Shown one piece after another: positions 9,206 to 16,829 of a DNA stretch of 32,683 nt; position 1 is the stretch's first letter; each line of letters opens with the position of its first letter. The notes under the pieces are model-generated. The model saw nothing but the letters and a program-made list of their open reading frames with translations, made no database searches and was not told the DNA's origin. The stretch is from a virus. Its lineage: Duplodnaviria; Caudoviricetes. The translations under genes were made by a program, and so were the position numbers. The stretch spans positions 1-32,683 of IMG/VR virus record IMGVR_UViG_3300006127_000058. One strand, 5' to 3'.

Positions 9206-10492
9206 TTATAGTGCCATCCATGATTGTGGTGGTGCATAGTTTACTTGTTTTGGTCTTTTTGGTCTAGTCTCTTGGACTCCCAAGGCAACCATTCTGAAAG
9301 CATCAGCTCCATGTGAATATTGGTCATGAAGTGGGTTTTTACTAAATGCTTTTGTCTCTGGGTCAACTTCATACCTATAGTGTCTCAGACATTGCAACCC
9401 ATCATAGCAATTATCTCTGTCAAAGAAACAGTTTCTGAACATGGTTCTGGAGGCATTTATTGAGTCTGCAATACTGGTTCTTGGAATGATTTTGGTCTTG
9501 AACCCTGAATTTCTGACAATTTCCTCTATGGTTCTACCCTGAGCCGCCAAGGTCTTATTCTGAGCATCATGAGGCAACCACAAAGTGTCATAGACATATC
9601 CAAAGGTTTGCATCAAAGCCAAATAATGGCTCACAGTCTGCTGATTGTCCTCAATATATCTAATAAACCTGATTTCTTGGGCTATGAACTGCACAAACCA
9701 AATGGCTGTGGAGTCTGCCCATCCAAGATCAAACACAGCATGAACTGGCTTGGTAGGGTCATATCTGACTTTGGTAATTCTTTCCTCCAACTCAGCACTT
9801 TGCATTTCCCTTGCAAACACAGCTCCATCCACAGTCTGCCTACACAATCCTTCCCAGACAGTGTTATAGGCCTCTGGATCTCTGGCCTGAAGAGTTCTCC
9901 TCTCATGATCTAAGACTTCTGGAAACCAAGGATTATCAGACCAGTTGACTTTGGTTGTGATGCAATTATCAGGCTTGTGGAGGATAAATCTTTGGTATGT
10001 GGCATCTGACTCCAGTTCTGGGTTCATGGTTATCCAAATCTCTGAGTCTTTTGCCCTTATAGTTGGGATCAAAATATCCCATGACCTAGCTGACACTGCT
10101 TGCGCCTCCTCAACCCAAACAATGGTACACCCTTCGTATGACTTTATATTGTGTGGATTGTTCTTTAGGCCAACAAAGGAAAACTCAGTTCCATTTGCTC
10201 CTTTGATTGAGGACTGGGTTATCTCATAAAACCCAATTAGGCCAAGCTCTACTATCTGGTCACTTAATAGCTTATGAACTGATTGAGATATGGAGTTCTG
10301 GAATTCCCTTGCACACAAAATCCTATGGACTTGCTTTGCACCCAAGATGAGCAATGCTCTCGCAACAGACCAAGACTTTGCTGACCCTCTTCCTCCAAAG
10401 ATGCATTTATATCTAGAGGGTTCAAACAGGCACTGGAGCTTGACTGGAAACTCAGCCTTTTTAATAGCTTGATTAAGTTCACTCTGCTCCAT
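9206..10492 (-). CDS. terL: Terminase large subunit (PBSX/XtmB-like)
   Basis: Walker A GGRGSAKS, Walker B VWVEEA, nuclease FDLGWAD and HGADAFR. Confidence 0.95.
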   Translation of the reverse strand: MEQSELNQAIKKAEFPVKLQCLFEPSRYKCIFGGRGSAKSWSVARALLILGAKQVHRILCAREFQNSISQSVHKLLSDQIVELGLIGFYEITQSSIKGANGTEFSFVGLKNNPHNIKSYEGCTIVWVEEAQAVSARSWDILIPTIRAKDSEIWITMNPELESDATYQRFILHKPDNCITTKVNWSDNPWFPEVLDHERRTLQARDPEAYNTVWEGLCRQTVDGAVFAREMQSAELEERITKVRYDPTKPVHAVFDLGWADSTAIWFVQFIAQEIRFIRYIEDNQQTVSHYLALMQTFGYVYDTLWLPHDAQNKTLAAQGRTIEEIVRNSGFKTKIIPRTSIADSINASRTMFRNCFFDRDNCYDGLQCLRHYRYEVDPETKAFSKNPLHDQYSHGADAFRMVALGVQETRPKRPKQVNYAPPQSWMAL

Positions 10493-10751
10493 CTGGCTTT
10501 ACAAATGTGACCTGAAGATGAGGCATGATGACATTTCCACTTGCATCCTCAAGAGTTGTGGACTGAACTGCTTTCCCATCTATCCTATCCATCAGCTCTT
10601 TAATTGCCCAAGGTTCTCCCTCTTCAGCCTTGCTGATTAACACCTCAGCAACTTGCCTAGCTCTATGTGGCTCTTGAGAAAGAATCATCCTCAGTTTTTC
10701 CTGAAACAATTTTCCCTTTGATGAATTAATATTACCTAGTGGAGCACCCAT
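10479..10751 (-). CDS. terS: Terminase small subunit (putative)
   Basis: GAPxGNxN start, ELMDRIDGKAVQ motif, overlaps the terL start. Confidence 0.7.
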   Translation of the reverse strand: MGAPLGNINSSKGKLFQEKLRMILSQEPHRARQVAEVLISKAEEGEPWAIKELMDRIDGKAVQSTTLEDASGNVIMPHLQVTFVKPDGAE

Positions 10752-10790
10752 ATTGTAAATTTAAGTATATATTTGATTTATTTATAACTT

Positions 10791-10970
10791 TTAGTTATTT
10801 GGAGGTGTCTCAGGATTAGCAACAACTGCCTCTATTGGAGCTTGAGTTGGTAATTGAGCATTAGCTTCTTTTGTTAACTTTTGGATTAACAATTGAATAT
10901 CTCTAGCTTTGTGTTCTAGAGCTGTAATGATGAGGTTTACATCTTGGACTTCATGTTTGAAATTGAACAT
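10791..10970 (-). CDS. Hypothetical 59-aa protein (not in ORF track)
   Basis: MFNFKHEVQDVNLIITALEHKARDIQLLIQKLTKEANAQLP...; AAGGA SD; fills the intergenic gap. Confidence 0.6.
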   Translation of the reverse strand: MFNFKHEVQDVNLIITALEHKARDIQLLIQKLTKEANAQLPTQAPIEAVVANPETPPNN

Positions 10971-10981
10971 TTGTGTTTCCT

Positions 10982-11125
10982 TTATTTCTTTTTCTTGGCT
11001 TTTTCAGCCTCTCTTTTTTCACTATAGGCAATTGCCACTGCCTGCTTAACTGGTTTCCCAGCCTTTACCTCTGCTTTGATATTTTCTTTAAATGCTTTGG
11101 GTGATGTGGATTTTTTTAATGGCAT
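10982..11125 (-). CDS. Small basic 47-aa protein (not in ORF track)
   Basis: MPLKKSTSPKAFKENIKAEVKAGKPVKQAVAIAYSEKREAEKAKKKK. The QAVAIAY motif is typical of a phage pre-terminase family. Confidence 0.75.
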   Translation of the reverse strand: MPLKKSTSPKAFKENIKAEVKAGKPVKQAVAIAYSEKREAEKAKKKK

Positions 11126-11126
11126 G

Positions 11127-11402
11127 TTAACAGTTCCAGTTCTTTAATGATGCTTTAGCCCTTTCTGCAGGCCCTTTTGCGTTTTTGACAACTCCCTCCA
11201 TCCTTGCACAGAAAGATGCTTTTCTGCCCTCATCTTTCTTTGTCTTGGGGTTTGGAGCTGGAGCCTTCAGGTTTGACCCATTCTTTGCATTGTATTCAGC
11301 TCTGCCTTTGGCTGTCATCCCAGCACCCTTTTCTGTTGGGTTGTAGGTCTTGCCCTTCCCAGTGGTCTTGTGCTCTATTGGTTTGTCATGTTTTTTAGTC
11401 AT
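11127..11402 (-). CDS. Small basic phage protein (DUF6321-like)
   Basis: GMTAKGRAEYN...GSNLKAP...RKASFCARM motif; family recognised from memory. Confidence 0.65.
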   Translation of the reverse strand: MTKKHDKPIEHKTTGKGKTYNPTEKGAGMTAKGRAEYNAKNGSNLKAPAPNPKTKKDEGRKASFCARMEGVVKNAKGPAERAKASLKNWNC

Positions 11403-11560
11403 TTTTTGGCAGTCTTTGCAGATTGTTTAAATGCCTCAGCAGTTGGTGCACCCTTAGAGCCAACCTTTCTCATTTTCTCAACAGGCTTGCCCTCTGCCTT
11501 TTCCCTAGCTATTCTTTCTTGCTTTTTATGGATGTTTGCATAAAGTCCAGTTTTAGCCAT
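11399..11560 (-). CDS. Small basic phage protein
   Basis: MAKTGLYANIH...MRKVGSKGAPTAEAFKQSAKTAKK; start moved to ATG 11560 (GGAGG SD). Confidence 0.7.
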   Translation of the reverse strand: MAKTGLYANIHKKQERIAREKAEGKPVEKMRKVGSKGAPTAEAFKQSAKTAKK

Positions 11561-11820
11561 TATTCCTCCAATATTGCACAAATATCTGCCTCTTGGATGA
11601 TCTGAAACTCTTGACCATCAGCCTCTTTGAAAATAGGAAAATCTAAGTAAGTTCCATTTCCAAATTTAATCAAATCACCTACTTTTGCTTGGTCAACCAA
11701 TGGCCCAATTGCAAAAATAGTCCCCTCATTAAACTTTTCTGTGTTCTCAACAATAATAATGTCTGAGAGCTTTCTAACCTTGGGTCTGACAGCTATTCTG
11801 TCTCTTAATGGAGTTATCAT
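11560..11820 (-). CDS. groES: Co-chaperonin GroES-like protein
   Basis: PLRDRIAV, mobile loop IIV, GTIFAIGP, KVGDLI and IIQEADICAI match Cpn10. Confidence 0.88.
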   Translation of the reverse strand: MITPLRDRIAVRPKVRKLSDIIIVENTEKFNEGTIFAIGPLVDQAKVGDLIKFGNGTYLDFPIFKEADGQEFQIIQEADICAILEE

Positions 11821-12050
11821 GCCTGTCCCCCTATATTTTTGGGAGGTCTGCCAAGTTTTTTCTTTTCTGTCTGATCTATTTCTAAGTCAGGTTTTGGCAA
11901 TGTAATTGTGGTTTCTTTAATGGCTAAATGCTCCCCACACCAATCTGTGGAGTGCTTATTCTGTTGCTCTGGGAACCTCTTACAGAGTCCCATGTCTGTA
12001 TAACTCTGTTTGGAGAAATACTTACAAGTCTTACAATCTGAGGTAGTCAA
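11817..12050 (-). CDS. Small Cys-rich (Zn-binding) protein
   Basis: CKTC...GLCKRFP...WCGEH; C-terminal KKLGRPPK; TTG start with AAGGA SD. Confidence 0.65.
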   Translation of the reverse strand: MTTSDCKTCKYFSKQSYTDMGLCKRFPEQQNKHSTDWCGEHLAIKETTITLPKPDLEIDQTEKKKLGRPPKNIGGQA

Positions 12051-12078
12051 TTCAAATCCTTATTATTTGGGTTGATTA

Positions 12079-12115
12079 GAAATACCCCTTAGACCACTAA
12101 TCTTTGGGGTATTTC
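12079..12115. other. Stem-loop (10-bp perfect inverted repeat)
   Basis: GAAATACCCC...GGGGTATTTC just after the first late gene. A T-tract is present only on the plus side. Confidence 0.6.
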
Positions 12116-12120
12116 GCTTT

Positions 12121-12459
12121 TTACATGCTATCTTGGATGTGTGGTGTTCTCTCATGAGAATAACACTCTGACTCCCTTGAGCCTGTGTTGAACTCACCAG
12201 TTCTACCATCAACTTTACCCATGTGGCTCATGTCTCTAGCACCAATGCTATCAGCCTTGCCCATGCCAACTCCTCCAACTAGTTTGGCTTTTCTCTCGCC
12301 AGACATATCTGAGGCTGTAGCACCTTTGGGTAATTTCTCACCAGTCATGCCTTTTGTGCCTTTAGTGCTGTTTGGGCCAGACTCTGAACCCATTTTCTCA
12401 CCAGTTCTGTCTGATGATTTAGCCCCTTTAGGCTCTTTTTCCATTCCATAATATCCCAT
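12121..12459 (-). CDS. Low-complexity G/K/M/S-rich protein, first gene of the late operon
   Basis: Internal repeat PKGAxxSDxxGE x2; start moved to ATG 12459 (AAGGA SD). Confidence 0.65.
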   Translation of the reverse strand: MGYYGMEKEPKGAKSSDRTGEKMGSESGPNSTKGTKGMTGEKLPKGATASDMSGERKAKLVGGVGMGKADSIGARDMSHMGKVDGRTGEFNTGSRESECYSHERTPHIQDSM

Positions 12460-12493
12460 TTTTGTTCCTTGCAAGTTAAAAAGTGGAGCCTCA

Positions 12494-12521
12494 ATTATCC
12501 CAAATCACTATCTCTTGTCAA
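12494..12521 (-). promoter_or_regulatory. Sigma70-type promoter heading the late operon
   Basis: TTGACA (12521-12516), 16 nt spacer including TG, then GATAAT (12499-12494): an extended -10. Confidence 0.6.
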
Positions 12522-12665
12522 GTGAATTTTGTTTTCTTTGATAGCTTTTTGGAGTCTTTCATCCTCTTCTTTTGTAATTATATATACAAAATAAGACCAA
12601 CAAACACAGATAAAAACTGATGCTCCAATGAACAAAATTGAGGTAATACAGATGAAATTAAGCAT
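12495..12665 (-). CDS. 56-aa single-TM protein (not in ORF track)
   Basis: MLNFICITSILFIGASVFICVCWSYFVYIITKEEDERLQK...; overlaps the stop of the upstream ORF. Confidence 0.5.
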   Translation of the reverse strand: MLNFICITSILFIGASVFICVCWSYFVYIITKEEDERLQKAIKENKIHLTRDSDLG

Positions 12666-12864
12666 TTAATCTATCCAATAGCTTGTCAGTTAAATCTACA
12701 GACATTTGCACCATCTCATCAGGTTCCCAACTAGAGCTTGGATATAAAGTAGATATAAGGCCTGAGAGCACCTTGCCTGCAATCATAGCCCTTAAATCCC
12801 TTTGATTGATGTAATCTTGGTGCAACTCCTCAAATCTAGCCTCAATTTCATCATCATAGGTCAT
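12658..12864 (-). CDS. Hypothetical protein
   Basis: RDLRAMIAGKVLSGL...TDKLL, a common small phage family; coupled. Confidence 0.65.
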   Translation of the reverse strand: MTYDDEIEARFEELHQDYINQRDLRAMIAGKVLSGLISTLYPSSSWEPDEMVQMSVDLTDKLLDRLNA

Positions 12865-13052
12865 GCTAACTCCTTGGCTAATTGCTCCAATTCAGGCCTC
12901 ATGCCACTTTCATCTACCTCAGATTCAAGCCTTTTCTTGTATCTTTTAGTCATTAGCTCTATTTCTCTGAGCCTATAAACAATTTGGATGTCTGGACATT
13001 TTTTGTAAATAGCTTGGAGTTGTAGCTTTCTCTGTTCTAGTAGTTCAATCAT
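12861..13052 (-). CDS. Hypothetical protein
   Basis: 63-aa coupled ORF. Confidence 0.55.
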   Translation of the reverse strand: MIELLEQRKLQLQAIYKKCPDIQIVYRLREIELMTKRYKKRLESEVDESGMRPELEQLAKELA

Positions 13053-13345
13053 TGTGGAATTCTCCTCAGACCCTTCAACTCTAAAGTCTCACCATCAAAG
13101 AGAAATTCAACATTTTGCTTTCCAACTCTACTAAAAACAACCATGTCCTTAGTTATGTCTTTGCTTTGGCTAAAGTTAACCCTAGCTGATATAGCAAAAT
13201 CTGCCTTTTCCTCTAGTTTTATTCTGTATTCAAATTCGTTATCCCAAGTTGGGCTATAACTATCAAACCAAAATTCTCCTTGTTTACGTTGAATTTGTGC
13301 ACCATCTGCCCATTTTTTAATCAATTCTGCGTGTTTGTGTTTCAT
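13049..13345 (-). CDS. Hypothetical protein
   Basis: KHKHAELIKKWADGAQIQ...PTW...EYRIK, a common phage accessory family. Confidence 0.7.
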   Translation of the reverse strand: MKHKHAELIKKWADGAQIQRKQGEFWFDSYSPTWDNEFEYRIKLEEKADFAISARVNFSQSKDITKDMVVFSRVGKQNVEFLFDGETLELKGLRRIPQ

Positions 13346-13764
13346 TTGTTTTTTTCCTTTAATTTAGTTTCTATTTCTTTGGCAAAAGCCATAAACCAAC
13401 TAAAAAACCAAGCGTTTTGTTCCCCATTATTTAACGGAACTCCATGCCTTGCGATCCAATCAATTTCAGGACAAGTTTTTCCTTTTATAACTATTAACTC
13501 TTCCTCAGTCAGCCCTACCCATTCTTTAGGATGAGTATAGAGAAGAACTCCAGAAGAACCAACTGTAACTTCTCGCCAAATACCATCGTTAAACTTTGCA
13601 AACTTGCCCACAGGCTCATCCTGCTCTTGCTTTGATTTTTCTGCTATTAGTTTGGCAAAAGTCTCAATAAATTTTTTAGGTATTCTTAAATTAGGTATGT
13701 GATTGCATTTTTTGTATGCAATAGTAGCCGTCTCAATAATTTCTTCTTTTGTCATTCTTTTCAC
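13342..13764 (-). CDS. Mosaic accessory protein
   Basis: QDEPVG...LYTHP...EWVGLTEEE...FAKEIETKLKEKN modules; lies in a CpG-rich island. Confidence 0.65.
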   Translation of the reverse strand: MKRMTKEEIIETATIAYKKCNHIPNLRIPKKFIETFAKLIAEKSKQEQDEPVGKFAKFNDGIWREVTVGSSGVLLYTHPKEWVGLTEEELIVIKGKTCPEIDWIARHGVPLNNGEQNAWFFSWFMAFAKEIETKLKEKNK

Positions 13765-13783
13765 CTTACTAAAATAGTTTTAA

Positions 13784-14050
13784 TTATGTTTGTTGTTGTA
13801 ATGTAGTAAAAAGAGGAATGTCAAAATGTAATTTATTTTTTTCATCCATGCTGTCATATTGAGTTTTGCTCACTAATTGATTATTTTTAGTGCTACTCAT
13901 ATATGCCACAGGCTCACCCTGCTCCCGAATAGGGGCTTTCTCATCCCAATAATCAGGATAAACACGAACAATATGCCCAGGCTTATGGGGGTCTAGTATT
14001 TCTATGAACTTATCGCCCCAATACGCTTTTGTTTCTTTTCCTATATTCAT
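13784..14050 (-). CDS. Mosaic accessory protein
   Basis: EQGEPVAYM...PLFT module; lies in a CpG-rich island. Confidence 0.6.
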   Translation of the reverse strand: MNIGKETKAYWGDKFIEILDPHKPGHIVRVYPDYWDEKAPIREQGEPVAYMSSTKNNQLVSKTQYDSMDEKNKLHFDIPLFTTLQQQT

Positions 14051-14406
14051 ATAGCCCTCATTACTCTTTGCTGTTTGCCAGAATTACCCTTTCTAGTCTC
14101 ACCAGAATCCTCTATAAAGCCTTTTCTAAGCAATGGTGCATATCTGGCAGTAATTGAACTATATCTATGCTTTGGGAACAGTTCTAGCACTTCATCTGAT
14201 ATACATCCTTTACTACCAAAAGACTTAATTGCCTCATAAACAATTGCCTCTAACTTAGTTGTGTCCACAGTCTTGGCTGATTCTTTGGATGTAACTGGAT
14301 CTGTAGATCTAGCCAACATTTTTGGTTCTGTCCCAAAGTGCTTGCTTATCAATCTAGATCTGTTAAAAAGTTCATTAATTTCATCAAAAATAGTAATTTG
14401 TTTCAT
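14047..14406 (-). CDS. Putative winged-helix DNA-binding protein
   Basis: ARSTDPVTS motif followed by a wHTH-like YSSITARYAPLLRKGFIEDSGETR...SGKQQRV. Confidence 0.6.
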   Translation of the reverse strand: MKQITIFDEINELFNRSRLISKHFGTEPKMLARSTDPVTSKESAKTVDTTKLEAIVYEAIKSFGSKGCISDEVLELFPKHRYSSITARYAPLLRKGFIEDSGETRKGNSGKQQRVMRAI

Positions 14407-14427
14407 AATTATTTCCATATTTAGAGT

Positions 14428-14664
14428 TTAAAAACCAATATCATCATCTTTTTCTTTTCTGTCCCAATTCTTTTCTCTTGGAGGATTGATCCAAGCCCAA
14501 CCATTCCAAGGAGGCTCACAAACAGGCAAAGACTCAATCTTGAGCATGTGGCCTTGAGGTGTGTCAAAAATAAATCCAAGCCTATGATACTTGTTCTTTT
14601 TGTTTCCCTCTTTGTCAGTGTAGGAACCCACAATAGTGGTTAATTCTGAAATCATCTTAGACAT
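14428..14664 (-). CDS. Small SSB-like protein with SSB C-terminal tip
   Basis: YTDKEGNKK hairpin motif, C-terminus DDDIGF; follows the ERF/exonuclease genes. Confidence 0.55.
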   Translation of the reverse strand: MSKMISELTTIVGSYTDKEGNKKNKYHRLGFIFDTPQGHMLKIESLPVCEPPWNGWAWINPPREKNWDRKEKDDDIGF

Positions 14665-15274
14665 TTAAACTCCTTAATTTATTTACTTTCTCTTCAACTT
14701 CTCTTAAAAACTGTATAACCTCTTGCTCCAACTCAATTAAATAAGACTTATCCAAATTTACCCTTTTACAAAAGAGTTGTAAGTTTTCTGGCATTCTAGG
14801 GTCATAACTCACAAAGTCAGTCCACTCAGTTTGAGTACATCCCATTTGCCATGTCATTTGAATAATGTATTTACTAGGAACTTTTCCAGATAGCAAAGTT
14901 TCCAAGTGAGTTGCGGTGTTTGGGCACTTTATCTCTATGAGGCCTGTATCTACCAAACCATCTGGTGATGCTCCAGACATTTCAATTGTGGGATGAGGAA
15001 CAAAACCTACTTGGTTAACCATGCAGTTGTATTTGACCTCATATGCCGCCCGCGCTAACGGCTCAGTCTCAGTCCCCCACTGCATTGCAGAATTACTGTA
15101 GGACTCAATAGGCTTGCTTGTAAGCCTTTCACAGACCAGTTGAGCCATATAGTTATCTCTTGATGTGGAATAGCCTGATTTAGTCTTGGCTATGATGTCA
15201 GCAACTCTAGAGGCTGTTACCTTTCCAAGTCTAGCTTGGAACCATTCCTCTGTGCCTTGTTCAATTTCAGTCAT
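14657..15274 (-). CDS. YqaJ/lambda-exonuclease-family recombination nuclease
   Basis: QGTEEWFQARLGKVTAS, MQWGTETEP, GASPDGLV, IEIKCP and YxxQMxWQM motifs. Confidence 0.92.
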   Translation of the reverse strand: MTEIEQGTEEWFQARLGKVTASRVADIIAKTKSGYSTSRDNYMAQLVCERLTSKPIESYSNSAMQWGTETEPLARAAYEVKYNCMVNQVGFVPHPTIEMSGASPDGLVDTGLIEIKCPNTATHLETLLSGKVPSKYIIQMTWQMGCTQTEWTDFVSYDPRMPENLQLFCKRVNLDKSYLIELEQEVIQFLREVEEKVNKLRSLNV

Positions 15275-15474
15275 TTTGTTTCCTCACTAAATTGTTTTTT
15301 TCTGTCTATCAGATGGGTTAGAACATCTAAGAAATCTAATTCCATAATATCTGAAACTGTAATCAACATATCAATAGTTGCACACAAAGTTACATCCATC
15401 TTTTCATCAGTAAATGCATCTAGCATTTTTCCATAAACTCTAGTTACATCTTTGGAAAATTTAGATTTAGCCAT
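15271..15474 (-). CDS. Hypothetical protein
   Basis: 67-aa ORF coupled between ERF and the exonuclease. Confidence 0.55.
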   Translation of the reverse strand: MAKSKFSKDVTRVYGKMLDAFTDEKMDVTLCATIDMLITVSDIMELDFLDVLTHLIDRKKQFSEETK

Positions 15475-16052
15475 TATTTAGTCTCCAATTTCTTTTTCAT
15501 TTTGTCTTTAACAGCAATGATTTTGAGTTGCCATTGTTTGTCACCATTGGATGCTGATATGGCTTTAACAAAGTTCTTTTGTAAAGTATCCAAATCACTA
15601 GACTCAGCTATTGCCTCTAACCAATCAACCATTTCAGATTCATTTGCTAAAGGCTTTTCTGGCTTTCTAGAGGCCATGTTGCCATCATCATCCTCTGGAG
15701 CTATGCCACAGGCACTCATCAGGCTGTACCGCCTTGCATAGGTCAAAGCACTGCCATAACCTTGCGGGTCTTGTTTGCTTGCTGGAACATGCAAAACACC
15801 ACACTCTAAAGTTTCACCAGACTCATGTAAAAATATAGTTTCTACACTTACCCCAGTTGCATTTTCATAGAGCTTTTGTGTCATGCCAATTCCATTGTTG
15901 TTCAAAGCATCAATGACTGCCTCCACACAGGCTGATAGGTCAGCATATTTGGATTTAAAGTGTGGATTGGTGCTTGACTTTAGAGCAGGCCCAAATTCTT
16001 TTTGTGCCTTTACAAATGCTGTGGCAATTAATTTGCCTCCTTGATTAGTCAT
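15474..16052 (-). CDS. erf: ERF-family single-strand annealing protein
   Basis: NPHFKSKYADL, HESGE, QGYGSALTYARRYSL and EDDDGN signature. Confidence 0.92.
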   Translation of the reverse strand: MTNQGGKLIATAFVKAQKEFGPALKSSTNPHFKSKYADLSACVEAVIDALNNNGIGMTQKLYENATGVSVETIFLHESGETLECGVLHVPASKQDPQGYGSALTYARRYSLMSACGIAPEDDDGNMASRKPEKPLANESEMVDWLEAIAESSDLDTLQKNFVKAISASNGDKQWQLKIIAVKDKMKKKLETK

Positions 16053-16243
16053 AATATTCCCCAAATAATTAATGTAAATAAAATAAAAGCAATCACTACA
16101 CAGGCTGTCATCACCAATTTGTCCTCTTTGTCAAAACCTTTTTCCTCAAAGTTTGGTTCTGGGTTATTAGGAAATGCCTCTGCCAATGTTCTAGGAAATG
16201 TTTTGGTTGTGGGATTAATATTCCCTTTTCTAAATTTAATCAT
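16049..16243 (-). CDS. Small membrane-anchored early protein
   Basis: TKTFPRTLAEAF motif plus a C-terminal TM. Start reassigned to ATG 16243 (GAGGAA SD). Confidence 0.6.
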   Translation of the reverse strand: MIKFRKGNINPTTKTFPRTLAEAFPNNPEPNFEEKGFDKEDKLVMTACVVIAFILFTLIIWGIL

Positions 16244-16406
16244 TTTCATATTCCTCTGGTTCACAGTTGGCACAGCCTGGGTGATCTGGGTCTTGGCAAT
16301 CTGGATGTGCAAAATAGTGGGATTGATATTGTTTTTGTGCAAAATCTTTTGATATAAGTTCTGCAATTTCTGGATCTTCATCTTCAAAGTAAGCTCTGTT
16401 ACACAT
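16236..16406 (-). CDS. 56-aa acidic Cys/His protein, first early-left gene (not in ORF track)
   Basis: MCNRAYFEDEDPEIAELISKDFAQKQYQSHYFAHPDCQDPDHPGCANCEPEEYEND; AAGGA SD. Confidence 0.7.
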   Translation of the reverse strand: MCNRAYFEDEDPEIAELISKDFAQKQYQSHYFAHPDCQDPDHPGCANCEPEEYEND

Positions 16407-16439
16407 AATTAGTTCCTTAATTTAGATTTAATTTAAATA

Positions 16440-16556
16440 TCAGTTTGCTGTCCTGATGCCTTTTATTGTAAACAAATATTTACTCTTTTTTGTAGGTAGT
16501 TACCCTAAAACAACAAAAATAGTAAAATAAGTCAATAAATCTGTACAATTTAGGAC
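16440..16556. promoter_or_regulatory. Divergent early promoter/operator region
   Basis: TACAAT -10 boxes on both strands (16470-16465 minus; 16544-16549 plus), palindrome GTAAA-N6-TTTAC (16468-16483) and imperfect palindrome TAGGTAGTTACCCTA (16493-16507). Confidence 0.5.
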
Positions 16557-16724
16557 ATGACAAAAGAAAAAGCCATATCACTTGCAGGCTCTCCAGCCAA
16601 ACTTGCCAAGCTCTTAGGAGTTAGCAGACAGGCTGTTAACAATTGGTTTGAGATACCCCAAGGTAGGATTTGGCAATTGAAAGTGTTGAAACCTGAATGG
16701 TTTGATGAGACACCAAGATTTTAG
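16557..16724 (+). CDS. cro: Cro-like HTH regulator (not in ORF track)
   Basis: MTKEKAISLAGSPAKLAKLLGVSRQAVNNW...IPQGRIWQL: a classic Cro HTH, upstream of the replication gene. Confidence 0.85.
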   Translation: MTKEKAISLAGSPAKLAKLLGVSRQAVNNWFEIPQGRIWQLKVLKPEWFDETPRF

Positions 16725-16737
16725 GTTAGAATATTTT

Positions 16738-16802
16738 GAAACTGGGCTAGAAAGGGATTGATCCCCCTTTTGAAAAGAGTACCTCCCTCCTGCCATAGTT
16801 TC
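16738..16802 (+). ncRNA. Candidate cis-regulatory structured RNA (three-way junction)
   Basis: Closing stem GAAACT/AGTTTC and GGC/GCC; hairpins AAAGGG/CCCTTT and GAG/CTC joined by TGAAAA. Confidence 0.5.
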
Positions 16803-16829
16803 TTTTCTGGAGGTTTGCGAGGGCATTTA

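Noticed and set aside
12079-12115. Intrinsic terminator for the late (minus-strand) transcript
   Set aside because: No U-tract follows on the minus strand; kept only as an unassigned stem-loop.
1804-12451. Numerous plus-strand ORFs antisense to structural genes
   Set aside because: Shadow ORFs of real minus-strand genes with no SD or recognisable motifs.
16244-16387. N-terminal half of the 112-aa ORF 16049..16387
   Set aside because: Better explained by a 56-aa gene in another frame plus a downstream ATG at 16243 with its own SD.
16614-16826. Minus-strand 70-aa ORF as a CI-like repressor
   Set aside because: No HTH or peptidase motif; it is antisense to the clear cro gene.
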